This document shows positions 28,468 through 41,459 of a DNA stretch of 64,000 bases, piece by piece. Below the pieces are notes generated by a model. It saw only the letters and a program-made list of their open reading frames with translations, did no database searches and had not been told where the DNA came from. The position numbers and the translations under genes are program-made. The DNA is from Octopus vulgaris (lineage: Eukaryota): positions 38,812,001 through 38,876,000 of the forward strand of contig OX597831.1 in the NCBI GenBank assembly GCA_951406725.2. Direction: 5' to 3'. Every line of letters begins with the position of its first letter. The first letter of the stretch is position 1.

Positions 28468-28762
28468 GAGGCGCAATGGCCCAGTGGTTAGAGCAGCGGA
28501 CTCGCGGTCGTAGGATCACGGTTTCGATTCCCAGACGAGGCGTTGTGAGTGTTTATTGAGCGGAAACACCTAAAAGCTCCGCGGGGCTCCGGCAGGGGGG
28601 GTGATCCCTGCTGTACACTTTCACCCCTCTCACTCTTTCTTCTGTTGGCCTGCTCGCTTATCTAGCGGGGTGGCGCCATTCGAAGGCTAAAAAAATCCGA
28701 ACGCATTGTGACCAGCGATGTGTAGCAACATCTGATGGTCTGGTCGGTCACGTGATCACGTG
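28468..28762 (+). mobile_element. tRNA-derived SINE, family 2
   Basis: A box tggcccagtgg and B box gtttcgattcc. The 3' part recurs inverted at 17173-17290. Confidence 0.8.
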
Positions 28763-29006
28763 ATATACATATATAGATACACACACAAAATACACACTGA
28801 CAGACACACGCAGACGCACCGACACACATACACACACATATGGATATATATATACAGACACATATATACATACAGACACATAAGGGCAATGTGTCCTAGG
28901 CCTAGCAAATATTAGTTAATATGAAGCAAAATCATACTGTCATTAAATACGCGTAACAGTAATCAGAGGTGTAGAGCTCTAATTTCTTTCATGTGTTAAC
29001 TCATCC

Positions 29007-29037
<31 letters not shown>

Positions 29038-29111
29038 CATTAATAGAAATAACCTCTGTTAAGTAATTCGATTGATAGTGAAAGATATCTATATTAAATC
29101 ATATGGAAAAT

Positions 29112-29222
29112 ATTTTAATATATTATAATAAATATTCTTCTAAAGATCGCTAAATTGAATAAATAAACATTAAATTGACTACGCGCGTTTGGAATTTTAT
29201 ATTTTCTATTATTATTAATAAT

Positions 29223-29261
<39 letters not shown>

Positions 29262-29662
29262 ATATATATATGACTTAAATTTTTGAAAATCAGGAAAAGC
29301 ATGTGAAACCGGTGAAAGGACATTCGTCTAAAGGACATTCAGTGTATCTTCGAATTCTTTGAAGTCGTGTGTGTGAAGGCGCATTGTTCAGTTGCTTGGG
29401 GAGGGTAGTTTGCTATGCATGAACAACCTTGCCTGGATTGTGCCTCGGAGGGTAAGTTTTTAGATGCAATACGATGGTCATTCATGACCGAAGGGGTTCT
29501 TTACTCTCTCTCTATATATATATATATATAGGTGCAATCTAAGTCGGTATCTTTTCAGGATATTGTCTGGCTTAAAAAGCCACTTCAGATGATGCTAAAG
29601 TGTAGGTACAGGAGGTAGTCAAACTCTGCATAAGGGGTAGATAACCACTCTCTTTCTGTCTG

Positions 29663-29695
<33 letters not shown>

Positions 29696-31532
29696 GAGTA
29701 TGCATACTTATACATGCATACAACAGATACATACATACCTTTATATAAGCCTAAATTAGTATGCCCCATATAATCATACTTTACTCTTAATATAAAATAT
29801 AAGATTTCCAAAAAAAAATAATTCTATTTCTCTATATTTTCATTTTAGAATTACATTTTTGGTTACCTCCCTTCCATTGTAGTATAAAGATTTTGGTATG
29901 TGAGTCAATTAATACCTTATTTACTGGGTATCTCCTCTTTAAAAAATCTTCTAAATCTCCTTAATTAATATTTAAAACCTGATAAAAATAGATAATAATA
30001 TTTAAATATTTGAGAAATTACTTGGTGTCTATTTCTCTTAAATAGCTCTACCCTCATGATATTTGTATGTATGAGAAAGCTTTATAAAAATAAATTATAA
30101 AAAAATTTTTTTAAATAATATTTTATAAGTACCAATGAATAATTATAAATCATCATATAAGCATTAATAATTGCATTTTTCTTAAATCTACAATAAAACC
30201 CATAATTTTATAAAAGTTTTCTTAATAAAATAATTTTTGTCCAATAACTTGATCATCTCTTTACCCTACATTAAACACTGGTCATTTATAGATATTCTCA
30301 TCAGTAAATATAATTTTTAGTCTAAAAATTATAGAATTATAAAAAAATGTTTCTAACAACTTACCTTACCTATTAATATAAATACGCTAAGTATATCTTA
30401 TAATAGGTTTTTCGAACACAAATCTGTTCTACCCCTTGTCTATAAGATTCTACAAAGATTTATATTTTTATTTTTATTATCTATATTTTCATTTCTTTAC
30501 TTTAATTTTAAACCATTTCCTACCTATTTACTCACTATATCATTTTATTTATAATATATCTATAAATTTCATACTCAACTTATATATAACTAACTATACT
30601 GGTATATTTCACTGTTTATTTTATAATACAAGAAATATGCTCTAAAATTATTACCATATAAAATATATAAATTTTTAACATATTCCTTTAATTTAACTTT
30701 ACTTTATTAATACCAAATATTACTATTTAATAATTAGCTATAAATATATGTTAAGTTAGTATAGAAATATATAAATATCAATTATTTCTTAATTCTCCAT
30801 CCCTCTATTGTGTAAAATACTGAAAATATTCAGAAATCTTCTTCTTTTTTTTGTGACAATAACTCTAAAATGTACCTATGTATATACAAATAACACTGGT
30901 CAAATATTTATTTGTCAAATAGTTAATATTATACGTTTTACTCTCCCTACCCCATCAGCTTTAGCCTGCTAACTTAGCTGAAGTATATTCTTACTGAACC
31001 AAATGGTTTTATTTCAAAGAAATCTTGATTTATGACTCTGCCACTTAAACTGTCTTTTTACCCTATCCATAAAGGATAGATTCTTGTTTCTATTAGACTT
31101 GATAAACTAGTCTATAAATTAGAACCCCCACCCCATTAGTATATCTGAATAACAAATAAATTCAATAATAAGCAGTATCTTCCTTTGAAAAAATCTCAGT
31201 TACAACTATGATGTCGTTTATCAAACATGTTTTTTGTCTTGTGATTTTGGATAATACGAAAACTATACAAATGAATCCTTCGAATTTAACTAAATTCTGT
31301 ATTTTTAAGCAGCTGAAGATTGCTCTGCGTTTTAAATTGATGTAATATTTTACATTGTTCAATTAAATGGAGTTGCATGAAACGATCGTACTGCATTACC
31401 TTTGGATATCCTTGTTGCTTATTTTCATTATAATCACCCCATTTTGAATTATATGGATAATACCATACTAAATTCTGGTGTCTTTAACTTAAGTACCATA
31501 TTCATCTGAATCTAAATTTTACTGAACTTATA

Positions 31533-31587
<55 letters not shown>

Positions 31588-34500
31588 GGAAAATAATACG
31601 ATAGAAATTTAGAAAAATTTTAATACCCGTGGCTAGCATGCGTACTAAATCAATAGAGAACATATTTTCACATATATGTGACATATATGTATTTGTGAAT
31701 ATTTACAAATAAAGATAAGATGTTTTTAATCTGGAAAATAACTATTCTCATATACATTAATCAGGTAAACATATAAACCGTACCAAATAAGTAAAGAATA
31801 TATGCAAGACACATTGACATCGCGATCTGCCGCTTAGACGTTATAGGACTCGTAACAATGCAAATTTGAACACAAATCAACACATTTTAATATATTATAA
31901 TAAATATTCTTCTAAAGATCGCTATATTGAATAAATAAACGCTAAATTGACTACGCGCGTTTGCAATTTTATATTTCCTACTATTATTAATAATTACATA
32001 TATATATATATATATAAATTTTTGAAAATCAGGAAAAACATGTGAAACCGGTGAAATAGATCGTCTAAATGACATTCAGTGTATCTTCGAATTCTTTTAA
32101 GTGTGTGTGTGAAGGCGCATTGTTCAGTTGCTTGGGGAGGGTAGTTTGCTATGCATGAACAACCTTGCCTGGATTGTGCCTCGGAGGGTAAGTTTTTAGA
32201 TGCAATCCCATGATCATTCATGACCGAAGGGGTTCTTTACTCTCTCTCTCTATATATATATATATAGGTGCAATCTAAGTCGGTATCTTTTCGGGACATT
32301 GTCTGGTTTAAAAAGCCACTTCAGATGATGCTAAAGTGTAGGTACAGGAGGTAGTCAAACTCTGCATAAGGGGTAGATAACCACTCTATATATATATGTA
32401 TGTATATACATATATATATATATATATATGAGTATGCATACTTATACATGCATACAACAGATAAATACATACATACCTTTATATAAGCCTAAATTATTAT
32501 GCCCCATATAACCATACTTTACTCTTAATATAAAATATAAGATTTCCAAAAAAAATAATTCTATTTCTCTATATTTTCATTTTAGAATTACATTTTTGGT
32601 TACCTCCCTTCCATTGTAATATAAAGATTTTGGTATGTGAGTCAATTAATACCTTATTTACTGGCTATCTCCTCTTTAAAAAATCTTCCTAATCTCCTTA
32701 ATTAATATTTAAAACCTGATAAAAATAGATAATAATATTTAAATATTTTGAGAAATTACTTGGTGTCCATTTCTCTTAAATAGCTCTACCCTCATGATCT
32801 TTGAATGTATGAGAAAGCTTTATAAAAATAAATTCTAAAAAATTTTTTTAAATAACATTTTATAAGTACCAATGAATAATTATAAATCATCATATAAGCA
32901 TTAATAATTGCAGTTTCTTAAATCTATGATAAAAAGCATAATTTTATAAAAGTTTTCTTAATAAAATAATTTTTGTCCAATAACTTGATCATCTATTTAC
33001 CCTACATTAAACACTGGTCATTTATAGATATTATCATCAGTAAATATAATTTTTAGTCAAAAAATTATATAAAATTATAAAAAATTTCTTCTAACAACTT
33101 ACCTTACCTATTAATATAAATAAGCTAAGTATATCTTATAATAGGTTTTTCGAACACAAATCTGTTCTACCCCTTGTCTATAAGATTCTACAAAGATTTA
33201 TATTTATATTTTTATTATCTTTATTTTCATTTCTTTACTTTATTTTTAAACTATTTCCTACCTATTTACTCACTATATCATTTTATTTATAATATATCTA
33301 TAAATTTCATACTCAACTTATATAAAACTAACTATACTGGTATATTTCACTGTTTATTTTATAATACAAGAAATATGCTCTAAAATTATTACCATATAAG
33401 ATATATAAATTTTTAACATATTCCTTTAATTTAACTTTACTTTATTAATACCAAATATTACTATTTAATAATTAGCTATAAATATATGTTAAGTTAGTAT
33501 AGAAATATATAAATATCAATTATTTCTTAATTCTCCATCCCTCTATTGTGTAAAATACTGAAAATATTCTGAAATATTCTTCTTTTTTTTTTGACAACAA
33601 TTCTAAAATGTACCTACGTATATATAAATAACACTGGTCAAATAGTTATTTGTCAAATAGTTAATGCTATACGTTTTACTCTCCCTACTCCATCTGCAAA
33701 CTTAGCTGAAGTATATTCATACTGAACCAAATGGTTTTATTTCAAAGAAATCTTGATTTATGACTCTGCCACTTAAACTGTCTTTTTACCCTATCCATAA
33801 AGGATAGATTCTTGTTTCTATTAGACTTGATAAACTAGTCTATAAATTAGAACCCCCACCCCATTAGTAAATCTGAATAACAAATAAAATCAATAATAAG
33901 CAGTATCTTCCTTTGAAAAAAATCTGTTAGAACTATGATGTCGTTGATCAAACATGTTTTTTGTCTATCTACTTATCCTCTTTGTGATTTTGGATAATAC
34001 GAAAACTATACAAATGAATCCTTCGAATTTAACTAAATTCTGTATTTTTAAGCAGCTGAAGATTGCTCTGCGTTTTAAATTGATGTAATATTTTACATTG
34101 TTCAATTAAATGGAGTTGCATGAAACGATCGTACTGCATTACCTTTGGATATCCTCGTTGCTTATTTTCATTATAATCACCCCATTTTGAATTATATGGA
34201 TAATACCATACTAAATTCTGGTGCCTTTAACTTAAGTACAATATTCATCTGAATCTAAATTTTACTGAACTTATATATATATATATACATATATACAGTG
34301 AAAATAATACGATAGAAATTTAGAAAGATGTTAATACCCGTGGCTAGCATGCGTAGTAAATCAATAGAGAACATATTTTCACATATACGTCTCCGAGAAC
34401 TGTATTTGTGAATATTTACAAATAAAGATAGATTTTTTTAAATCTGGAAAATAACTATTCTCATATACATTCATCTGGTAAACATATAAACCGTACCAAA

Positions 34501-34599
34501 TAAGTAAAGAATATATGCAAGACACATTGACATCGCGATCTGCCGCTTAGACGTTATAGGACTCATAACAATGCAAATTTGAACACAAATCAACACATT
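29112..34599 (+). repeat. 2.7-kb direct tandem duplication (29112-31886 / 31884-34599)
   Basis: Colinear text throughout with scattered substitutions and microsatellite length changes, and ATT microhomology at the junction. Confidence 0.95.
29740..31200 (-). pseudogene. Possible ancient PLE RT/GIY-YIG remnant (second copy about 32480-33920)
   Basis: In order on the minus strand: YRQGVEQ, G*IDD/G*RDD, LEDFLKRRYPVN, ILY..DYMGHT, resembling PLE motifs B, C, GYP and GIY-YIG. Heavily AT-decayed. Confidence 0.35.
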
Positions 34600-35134
34600 G
34601 ATGGGGAAAATATGTAGTCCGGGAAAAGGAGACATCTAAATCCTTGAGAAAAATTATATTTTTTCACTGCGTTATAAAGTTATTTGTTATACAATGGAGG
34701 TATGTTATCGCAAAACACACGAGAAACGCAGTTTATTTTGCGAGTTTTTTCTCTAGTTTAGATAGTCATCGTTAAGACACAGTTCATTATAATTAGCTGC
34801 CCAAATTATACTGGACTTGGAAAATTGGATGTAAATGAATATTGGTCACGTGTGTCGCTATGTACGTAAATGTAGCTATACAATTATATGTAAGCATATG
34901 TATAACAAGGATGTCAAGCCATTAGTGCATTACGACCGTTTCAGGCGGTTCCATTTATTTAATTGATCAATGCAAGTATCAATTTAAAATACACCACCTT
35001 CCACGGAAGCATCAGACGGCTATAATGCACCTTGACATCCTTGTTACATATTTACTTTTTATTCATGTGACTTAGAGCTCTACGGATAATACCAGACTGA
35101 CTTGTTACCTCAACTTAAGTACCAAATTCAACTC

Positions 35135-35185
<51 letters not shown>

Positions 35186-35851
35186 CATGGCAAAGTGCGT
35201 GTGAAAAAGAAATAATATTCTTAAGACTATAAGATTATAAACTTGGAAAAGTACAAGTTATTACACTTGAAGAAGTTGAGGAGAACTTATTACATCTGGT
35301 AAAGTACAGAACAAGATGTTTTTAAAATATTGCAGCTAAGGATAAACTTTCAAACAGAATATTTAGATTTAGAAAATGTTAGCTTATATTAAAGCTAAAA
35401 ATGTCATTACAAGTTATTTCCTCTATTTGTTCTTACTTGTTACTTCTATTGAAAATAAAAGAGAACTCAATTAAAATATTTTTTCACTTTAGAAAATTCT
35501 TTTTTTTTTTATTATTAATTAATAATTAGAAATTTGAAAATGGATTATAAAAATAATAGTAATACATATTTAGTACAATAAATAGAATGATACAAAAATT
35601 AATTAAATATTACTGCAAAATCTACCTATATCACCAAATTCACATTAGAATTTACTTGAGTTATTGCCAAGTCTTCAGATTTTTAGTCTTAAGGCAATGC
35701 CTATTTTCTACATAATGAATTTGCCTACTGTTTATATATAAAACTTAGATAAAACTTAGATATGTTTCGACCAGAGATTGGTCCAGGCCATGTCTAACTT
35801 AATAGCACCACCTGATAGGATTATTCGAATCCTGTTTAAGTCAAGTTTTGT

Positions 35852-38800
35852 TCAAGTAGTGAGTTCTTGTTGGGTGAGTTGTATCCAGTTTTGTTCAAGT
35901 AGTGAGTTCTTGTTGGGTGAGTTGTATCCAATTATGGGTGGCTTGTCTGGTATTCTTTGAAGGAATCTATCCAGACTCTGTTTGAAGTTGATGGGATCCT
36001 TTTCCTCTTTGATCTCCCTCGGGACAATGTTAAATAGGGCAGGGCCTGTTGAGGAAAAGAAATTATGTTGCAGTGTACATGTATGTTGTGATCTTGAATT
36101 TGGCAGGGGACGTATAGCCCGTGGTCCAAGTCTCGGATGAACCTTGAAGCTAATGTTTAGGTCGTTTGGGCAAAGTTGGCGGTATATTTTCCACATCGTA
36201 CAAATGATGTACCGCTCACGGCGACGCTGGAGGGAGTAAAGTTTCAAGGCTTTAAGGCGATCCCAATAGTCGAGAGCAGCCATGCCTTCAATTTGTTTAG
36301 TGAGAGCCCTCTGGGGTGACTCAATTCTGGAGATGTTTTGTCTTGTGTGAGGAGACCACAGTGGGCAGCAGTATTCAAGGTGTGGCCGTACAAAGGATGA
36401 AAAAAGTGGTATGATGACACCTTGTTCTCTGGACCGGAAAGTTCTTAAGATCCAGGAACTCATCCTACGAGCTGTATCGACCTTCTTGTTGATGTGTGCG
36501 CTCCAACTGAGATCGTCATCAACAATTACACCCAGGTCTCTGATATTGTTAGAGGCTGTGAGCGGTTCCCCTGAAGGAAGAGAGTATGGTTGTTTTAGTG
36601 AGGAATTTCTTCCAAAATGTATCAGCTCAAATTATCCCTCATTCAGTTGCATTTTGTTTCTGTCTGCCCATTGACTCACAGCATATAGGTCAGACTGGAG
36701 TTGAGTTCGGTCTGCTTCTTCATTGACGATTTGCTGGAGCTTAGTGTCATCAGCGAATATTTTCACTTTGCAGTGATGTACGACACTGGAAAGGTCGTTT
36801 ACATAAATTATGAAGAGTAGCGGACCCAAAACAGTTCCCTGGGGAACACCGCTGGTGACTTTTGCTGGGTTTGAGTGGACTCCATCAACTACAACATGTT
36901 GTGTTCTATTCGCTAGGAAATACTGAATCCAGTGTAGAACTTTTCCACGGATTCCAAAATTTGCCAATTTTGAGAGTAGGATGTTATGGTCTACCCTGTC
37001 GAACGCTTTACTGAAGTCAAGGTATATGACGTCAGAGTTCGAACCTGTTCCCAAGGCTTTGAGTACATCTTCAATGTGGTGTAAGAGTTGTGTTAGACAG
37101 TCCCTGCCACAGCGAAAGCCATGTTGATTTGCATTTAGGAGTTTGTGGGTCTCCAGGAAGTCAGCTATCCTTGATCTTAACACTCTTTCAAACACTTTAA
37201 TGATGTGGGAGGTGAGTGAGATTGGGCGATAGTTGACTGCGAGGGATCTGTTTCCCTGTTTGAAAACCGGGATGACCGACTGGGATAGAAACTTTTTCGG
37301 TATATAACCTGCGTCTAACGAGTTTCTCCAGAGGTTGGTCAGAGGGACTGCAAGTTGATATCTACATTCCTTCAGGAGACTGGCGGGAAATCTATCAGGG
37401 CCTACAGCGGAGTAATGTTTGACCTCATTTATTGCTGCTACGATGTCGGTGGCAGTGAAGGTTATGTCTGCGATTTTGTGTTGGGAGTCAGCTTCGTTCG
37501 TTTCCCTCACATCAATATCAGTGGGAACACTGAAGACAGAGCAATATTGTTTCTGCAGTATTTCTGCCATTTCTTTAGCATCGTGTTGGGGAATGCCGTT
37601 TTCATCAATCAATGGCCCAATAGGTGAGACAGTGGTTCTATGCTTATTTGCATAAGAATAGAACACTTTTGGGTTCTGTTTGATGTTTTTGATTACCCAT
37701 TGTTCCTCCACAGCTCTTTGATTTTCAATGGAGGTTTTCATGTTAGTCTGCAGATGAAGTTTTTCCAGCTCTAGTCTTTTCATTGTTGTTGAATGTGGAT
37801 GTTGCGTGTGGGAATATTTTAATTGGTTGATTTTTTTGTTGAGTCTTTTGATGCGCCTGATGAGTGTTTTTTTCTTTTTAGGGAGCCGGTTTCTGTTTGT
37901 GTTAGTAGATTTCTTGGGAGCGTGTTTAGAGCATATGTCGGTGACAATGGTTTCAAAGTGCTGCCACGCGGTCTCAATATGAGGGGAATTGAGAGTAAAA
38001 GACCAGTCGATGGAAGACAGATCCTTTCTGATTGTTCCCCAGTCCGCTTTGTGGAAATTTATGTTGTCAAATGGGTGCCATGGAGTGGGATTGGCTGGTT
38101 TGGTTTTTATACGTCGGGAATTAAGATTGCAGAGTACCATGTCGTGGTCTGAGAGGAGAGTTTTTTCGACTGAAATGCTGTGAACGTAGCTAGAGTGATT
38201 GGTCAGTACCAGATCCAAGATCGTTTTATTCTGTCTCGTTGGTTCAAGCACTAGCTGAGTCAGGAAATACTCATCCATCAGATTAAAGAGCAGTTCTGCT
38301 GCTGCCCTATCTGATGTAGAGCACTTGCCCAACTTCGGAGTATTTGTGGGCCAGTTCACATGAGGGAGGTTAAAATCACCCATCACTATTATGTTTCCGG
38401 AGTGGTACTTCCGAAGGAAGGACTTGACTTTGCTAAGGCACTCTTCAAAGTACTTTAGAGGTGCCTGGGGAGGCCTGTAAAGACCAACAATGGTTATGTC
38501 CTTGGCTTTGTTGTATACTGATACCGATTCACAGTAGCCATTGGAAAATGTGTCCTTGGCATCAAGTGAAAAGGAGTCATGGATAAAGATGGCTGTCCCT
38601 CCCTTATTTCGGTCTGTGCGATCCGCACGAACAATGGTGAAATCTTTTATTTTCACCTCTGCGTCCATATGGGTGTTGTTCAGGTGAGTCTCGGTAAGGA
38701 TAAAGAAAGGGAAGCAATGTGCCATTTCGGCAAGCCAACTCTCTATATATGGGATCTTCCATTTTTGGGCAATAATTGATGGGTTGATGCCACGTACATT

Positions 38801-38860
38801 TAACAGGAATGTCGAGGTAAGGGAAGTTGGTAATGGGTGAGTGGTCCTTGTGATTTGCAT
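35852..38860 (-). pseudogene. LINE ORF2: AP endonuclease plus reverse transcriptase, one premature TAA
   Basis: Motifs LNVRGI, ETHL, GDFN, LDLVL, SDH, YRPISL, DFSKAFD, GVPQGTVLGP, FADD, RPHLEY. The 742-aa and 203-aa ORFs are in the same frame, separated only by TAA at 36632-36634 (NEG*FELIHFG). Confidence 0.95.
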
Positions 38861-40071
38861 AGATGGTTGGTGATGGCTCGCTGGATCTCCTGGCTTAGGT
38901 CGGCCTTCATATTTTCCAGGTATGTCAGTAAAAAAGAGTTACTTGTTTGGTTTGCCACTTGGTCAGAGGATACATATTTCAAGTTGGCGTTATTTGGTGT
39001 TTTTTCCTGGTTCTGTCTACGTAGTTTGATTGTAGGAGGGGAAACGTGGTTGTATTTTGTTCTTGTTGTTGTCCTAGATTTCCTCTGTTCCTGTTCATAT
39101 CTATTCTGTGATCGTTTTGTGCCCTTCAGATGGTGGTTGTTGCATTCTGGGTTCAGGCACATCCTTTGTGAGACAGAAGTTTGGCACAGTTTAGGATGGA
39201 ATAAGGTGCATCCATTGCCTCTTATGCATCCGTATTTAGGGTCAGAACCATAGATTCTGTATTTAGGACAGTATTTGGGGTGGAGGTGGGGGCAATTTTT
39301 TCCTGTTATACCGTATGGACAGGTGCCCATAGCAAGTCTACGACATAAGGTCGGGTGGGGAAAAGCACAGCGTCCATTTTTGTTTGTGCCGCTGGGGCCA
39401 AATCTACAAGTGCCTTTAGAATAGTAACGGCAGGGGGTTTTATTTGGTTGTAGTAGTGGTTTTTCTATTTTGGCAGTAGTAGTAGTGGTGGTGGTGGTGG
39501 TGGTGTTAGAAGCAGCTTGTTGATTTTGTGATGGTGGGTTCTGGCTTGCCAGTATGTGGTCAAATCTGCAGCTGCCTTGAGAGTAGTAGTGGCAGATGGT
39601 TTTACGCGGATGTAGTAGTGGTTTTCCTATTGTGGCAGTAGTGGGGAGTTGTAGCAGCATTGGAACTTGACTAGTGGTAGTATTAGAGTGTTGTTGTTGT
39701 TGTTTTTGTTGCTGTAGCGAAGGTGAGACTTGACTTGGTTCATCAGGTGCTGTTGTCAATGGAAGTAGGTCAGTTGATTGTTGCTGTTGAAGTGACCATT
39801 GACCTGTTGGGATTTGGTCATTTGTTGTACTGGATTCGTTGGCAAGAATGGCTTTTAGTGTAGCCATGTGCGCGTGAAAAATAGGGAATATCCTAACAAT
39901 TTATTTTAATTTATTTTCTATCTGTTTTACAGATCTGTGAAAGGATTTTTTCGTTAAATCCTCAGTTATTTTGCTATAAACATTAGCTTCGTTGTGATGG
40001 ATGAACCAAGCGTTAATCATTGCAGTAATTTCATTTTCAACCCAGCGGCGTTTTTGAAAATTATTGGCCAT
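38800..40071 (-). pseudogene. LINE ORF1: Myb/SANT-like N-terminus, Q/T-rich linker, tandem CCCH-type zinc fingers; one in-frame TAA
   Basis: MANNFQKRRWVENEITAMINAW..VYSKITEDL..FHRSVKQIENKLK*IVRIFPIFHAH-MATLK is one frame across TAA at 39901-39903. Downstream are CRYYSKGTC..C..H, CRRLAMGTC..C..H, CPKY..C..C..H and CQTS..C..C..H repeats. Confidence 0.8.
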
Positions 40072-41420
40072 ATTCAGTGGGGTAGTGTTGTGTAATATAT
40101 ATATGTATGTATGTGTATGCGTGTGTATGTATGTGTACACCAGTTATTGATGGCTTGATGTAAAATAGTGAATACACCGTTGGAAAGTTTGTGTCGATAT
40201 ACTCGGAAATTCGTGGCTTGTGTGTGTGAGAGTTCAGTGTAATTAGTACAATCTAATTAGTACAATCGGGATGAGCGGTGTGTTTGATACAGACCAAGAA
40301 AAAAGAATTGTACTCACGGGACTAGTTTTAGAACTAGTCTTGGGTTTAGTATTTAGTTTTGGGTTGTTCCTCTTTCTTCAGGTTGTATATAGATTTGTAT
40401 AAATTTATCCTCCGATGGTAGTAAAAGAGTAGTATAGTAGGATTGTAGAGTTCAAAAGTCTTGAGATTAAAGACAAGGAGAGATTATGTTAGCTTGAGTT
40501 GAGTTGAGTTGAGTTAAATTGAGTTGAAAAATGCTTCTTTGGTTAGTTACTGACGGGAGCTATAAAAAGTACGTCTTGTCACGACGACTGCGTTCTATAC
40601 AGTTCTACTTTGCATATAACGTTAGCGATATTGGTACTTCTGGCTCTAACTTTTTAAGTATTCTAGTGCGTAAATATTTTAACAAAATGATGGTGCCTTT
40701 TTTAACTATTATGTTACTTTGTAAATTAAAATCAAATAAATTTTAATATTCAAATTTTTATCTTTAGCTGCAAAATTCTAAGTAAAAAGGTTCTTGTTCT
40801 GTACTTTACCAGACGTAAAGTGTAATAACTTCTCTTCATTTCCAAGTTTACAATGTCAAGAATATTATATCTCTTGCTCGCATTTTCCCGTGTGATCCAT
40901 GTTTTTTCCAGGCTCTGCTATCATATTAATTAATAATATGTCAAATGTGTCAATTAGCGATTTCGATGATAATTTTTCCTGATAATTTTTCGATGATAAT
41001 TTGTTTTTAAAATAATATAGTCAATTATACTTAAATCCAATTTTTTGCCTTACTTAAAATTTTTTCATATTTTACCTCTACATTTTTTATATAAATTTTT
41101 GTTGCATGGGACCAAAACTATGACATTTGTTATGCTGTCTGCTATCATTGAAGCTAAGATAAATATATTTTGCATTTAAAATGAAAAAAATTATTTATAT
41201 CTCAACTTGATTGGTGGTTTTTACTTACTCACTTATAACGTTGCGACAAATTTTGATGAAAACGTTTTTTTTTCTACTAGTTCAAATCTCAATTTTTCTA
41301 ACTCAACAATGTGGGCAGTTTTCGATTTGGTTAAGAACTGAATTAGTGACAAGCTCTGAAAGATCCTGCCTTTGAGTAAATTGTCGCCTTAAGTATATTA
41401 TTCTAATACTACCGTAGTCG

Positions 41421-41459
<39 letters not shown>

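Larger units (their letters stand above)
35741..40605 (-). mobile_element. Near full-length CR1/L2-group LINE
   Basis: 5'UTR with (AACTC)n, ORF1, overlapping APE-RT ORF2, short 3'UTR ending in (ATCTAAGTTTT)2. No clear TSD; the 5' end is approximate. Confidence 0.92.
35183..40900. mobile_element. Old long-TIR DNA element split by the LINE
   Basis: About 35183-35400 and about 40720-40900 are diverged reverse complements (shared aaacttggaaa, aagttattacact, tctggtaaagtacagaacaaga, ttgcagctaa). Confidence 0.7.

Noticed and set aside
28468-28545. tRNA gene
   Set aside because: A and B boxes are present but there is no proper acceptor stem, and it continues into a SINE body.
29740-31200. Mitochondrial insertion (numt) suggested by extreme AT content
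   Set aside because: No mitochondrial gene, tRNA or rRNA motif recognised.
36632-39903. A-to-I editing rescue of the two TAA stops in the LINE
   Set aside because: It would need double editing to give Trp, whereas the ORF2 context (NEG*FE) fits Lys. Simple point mutations are more parsimonious.
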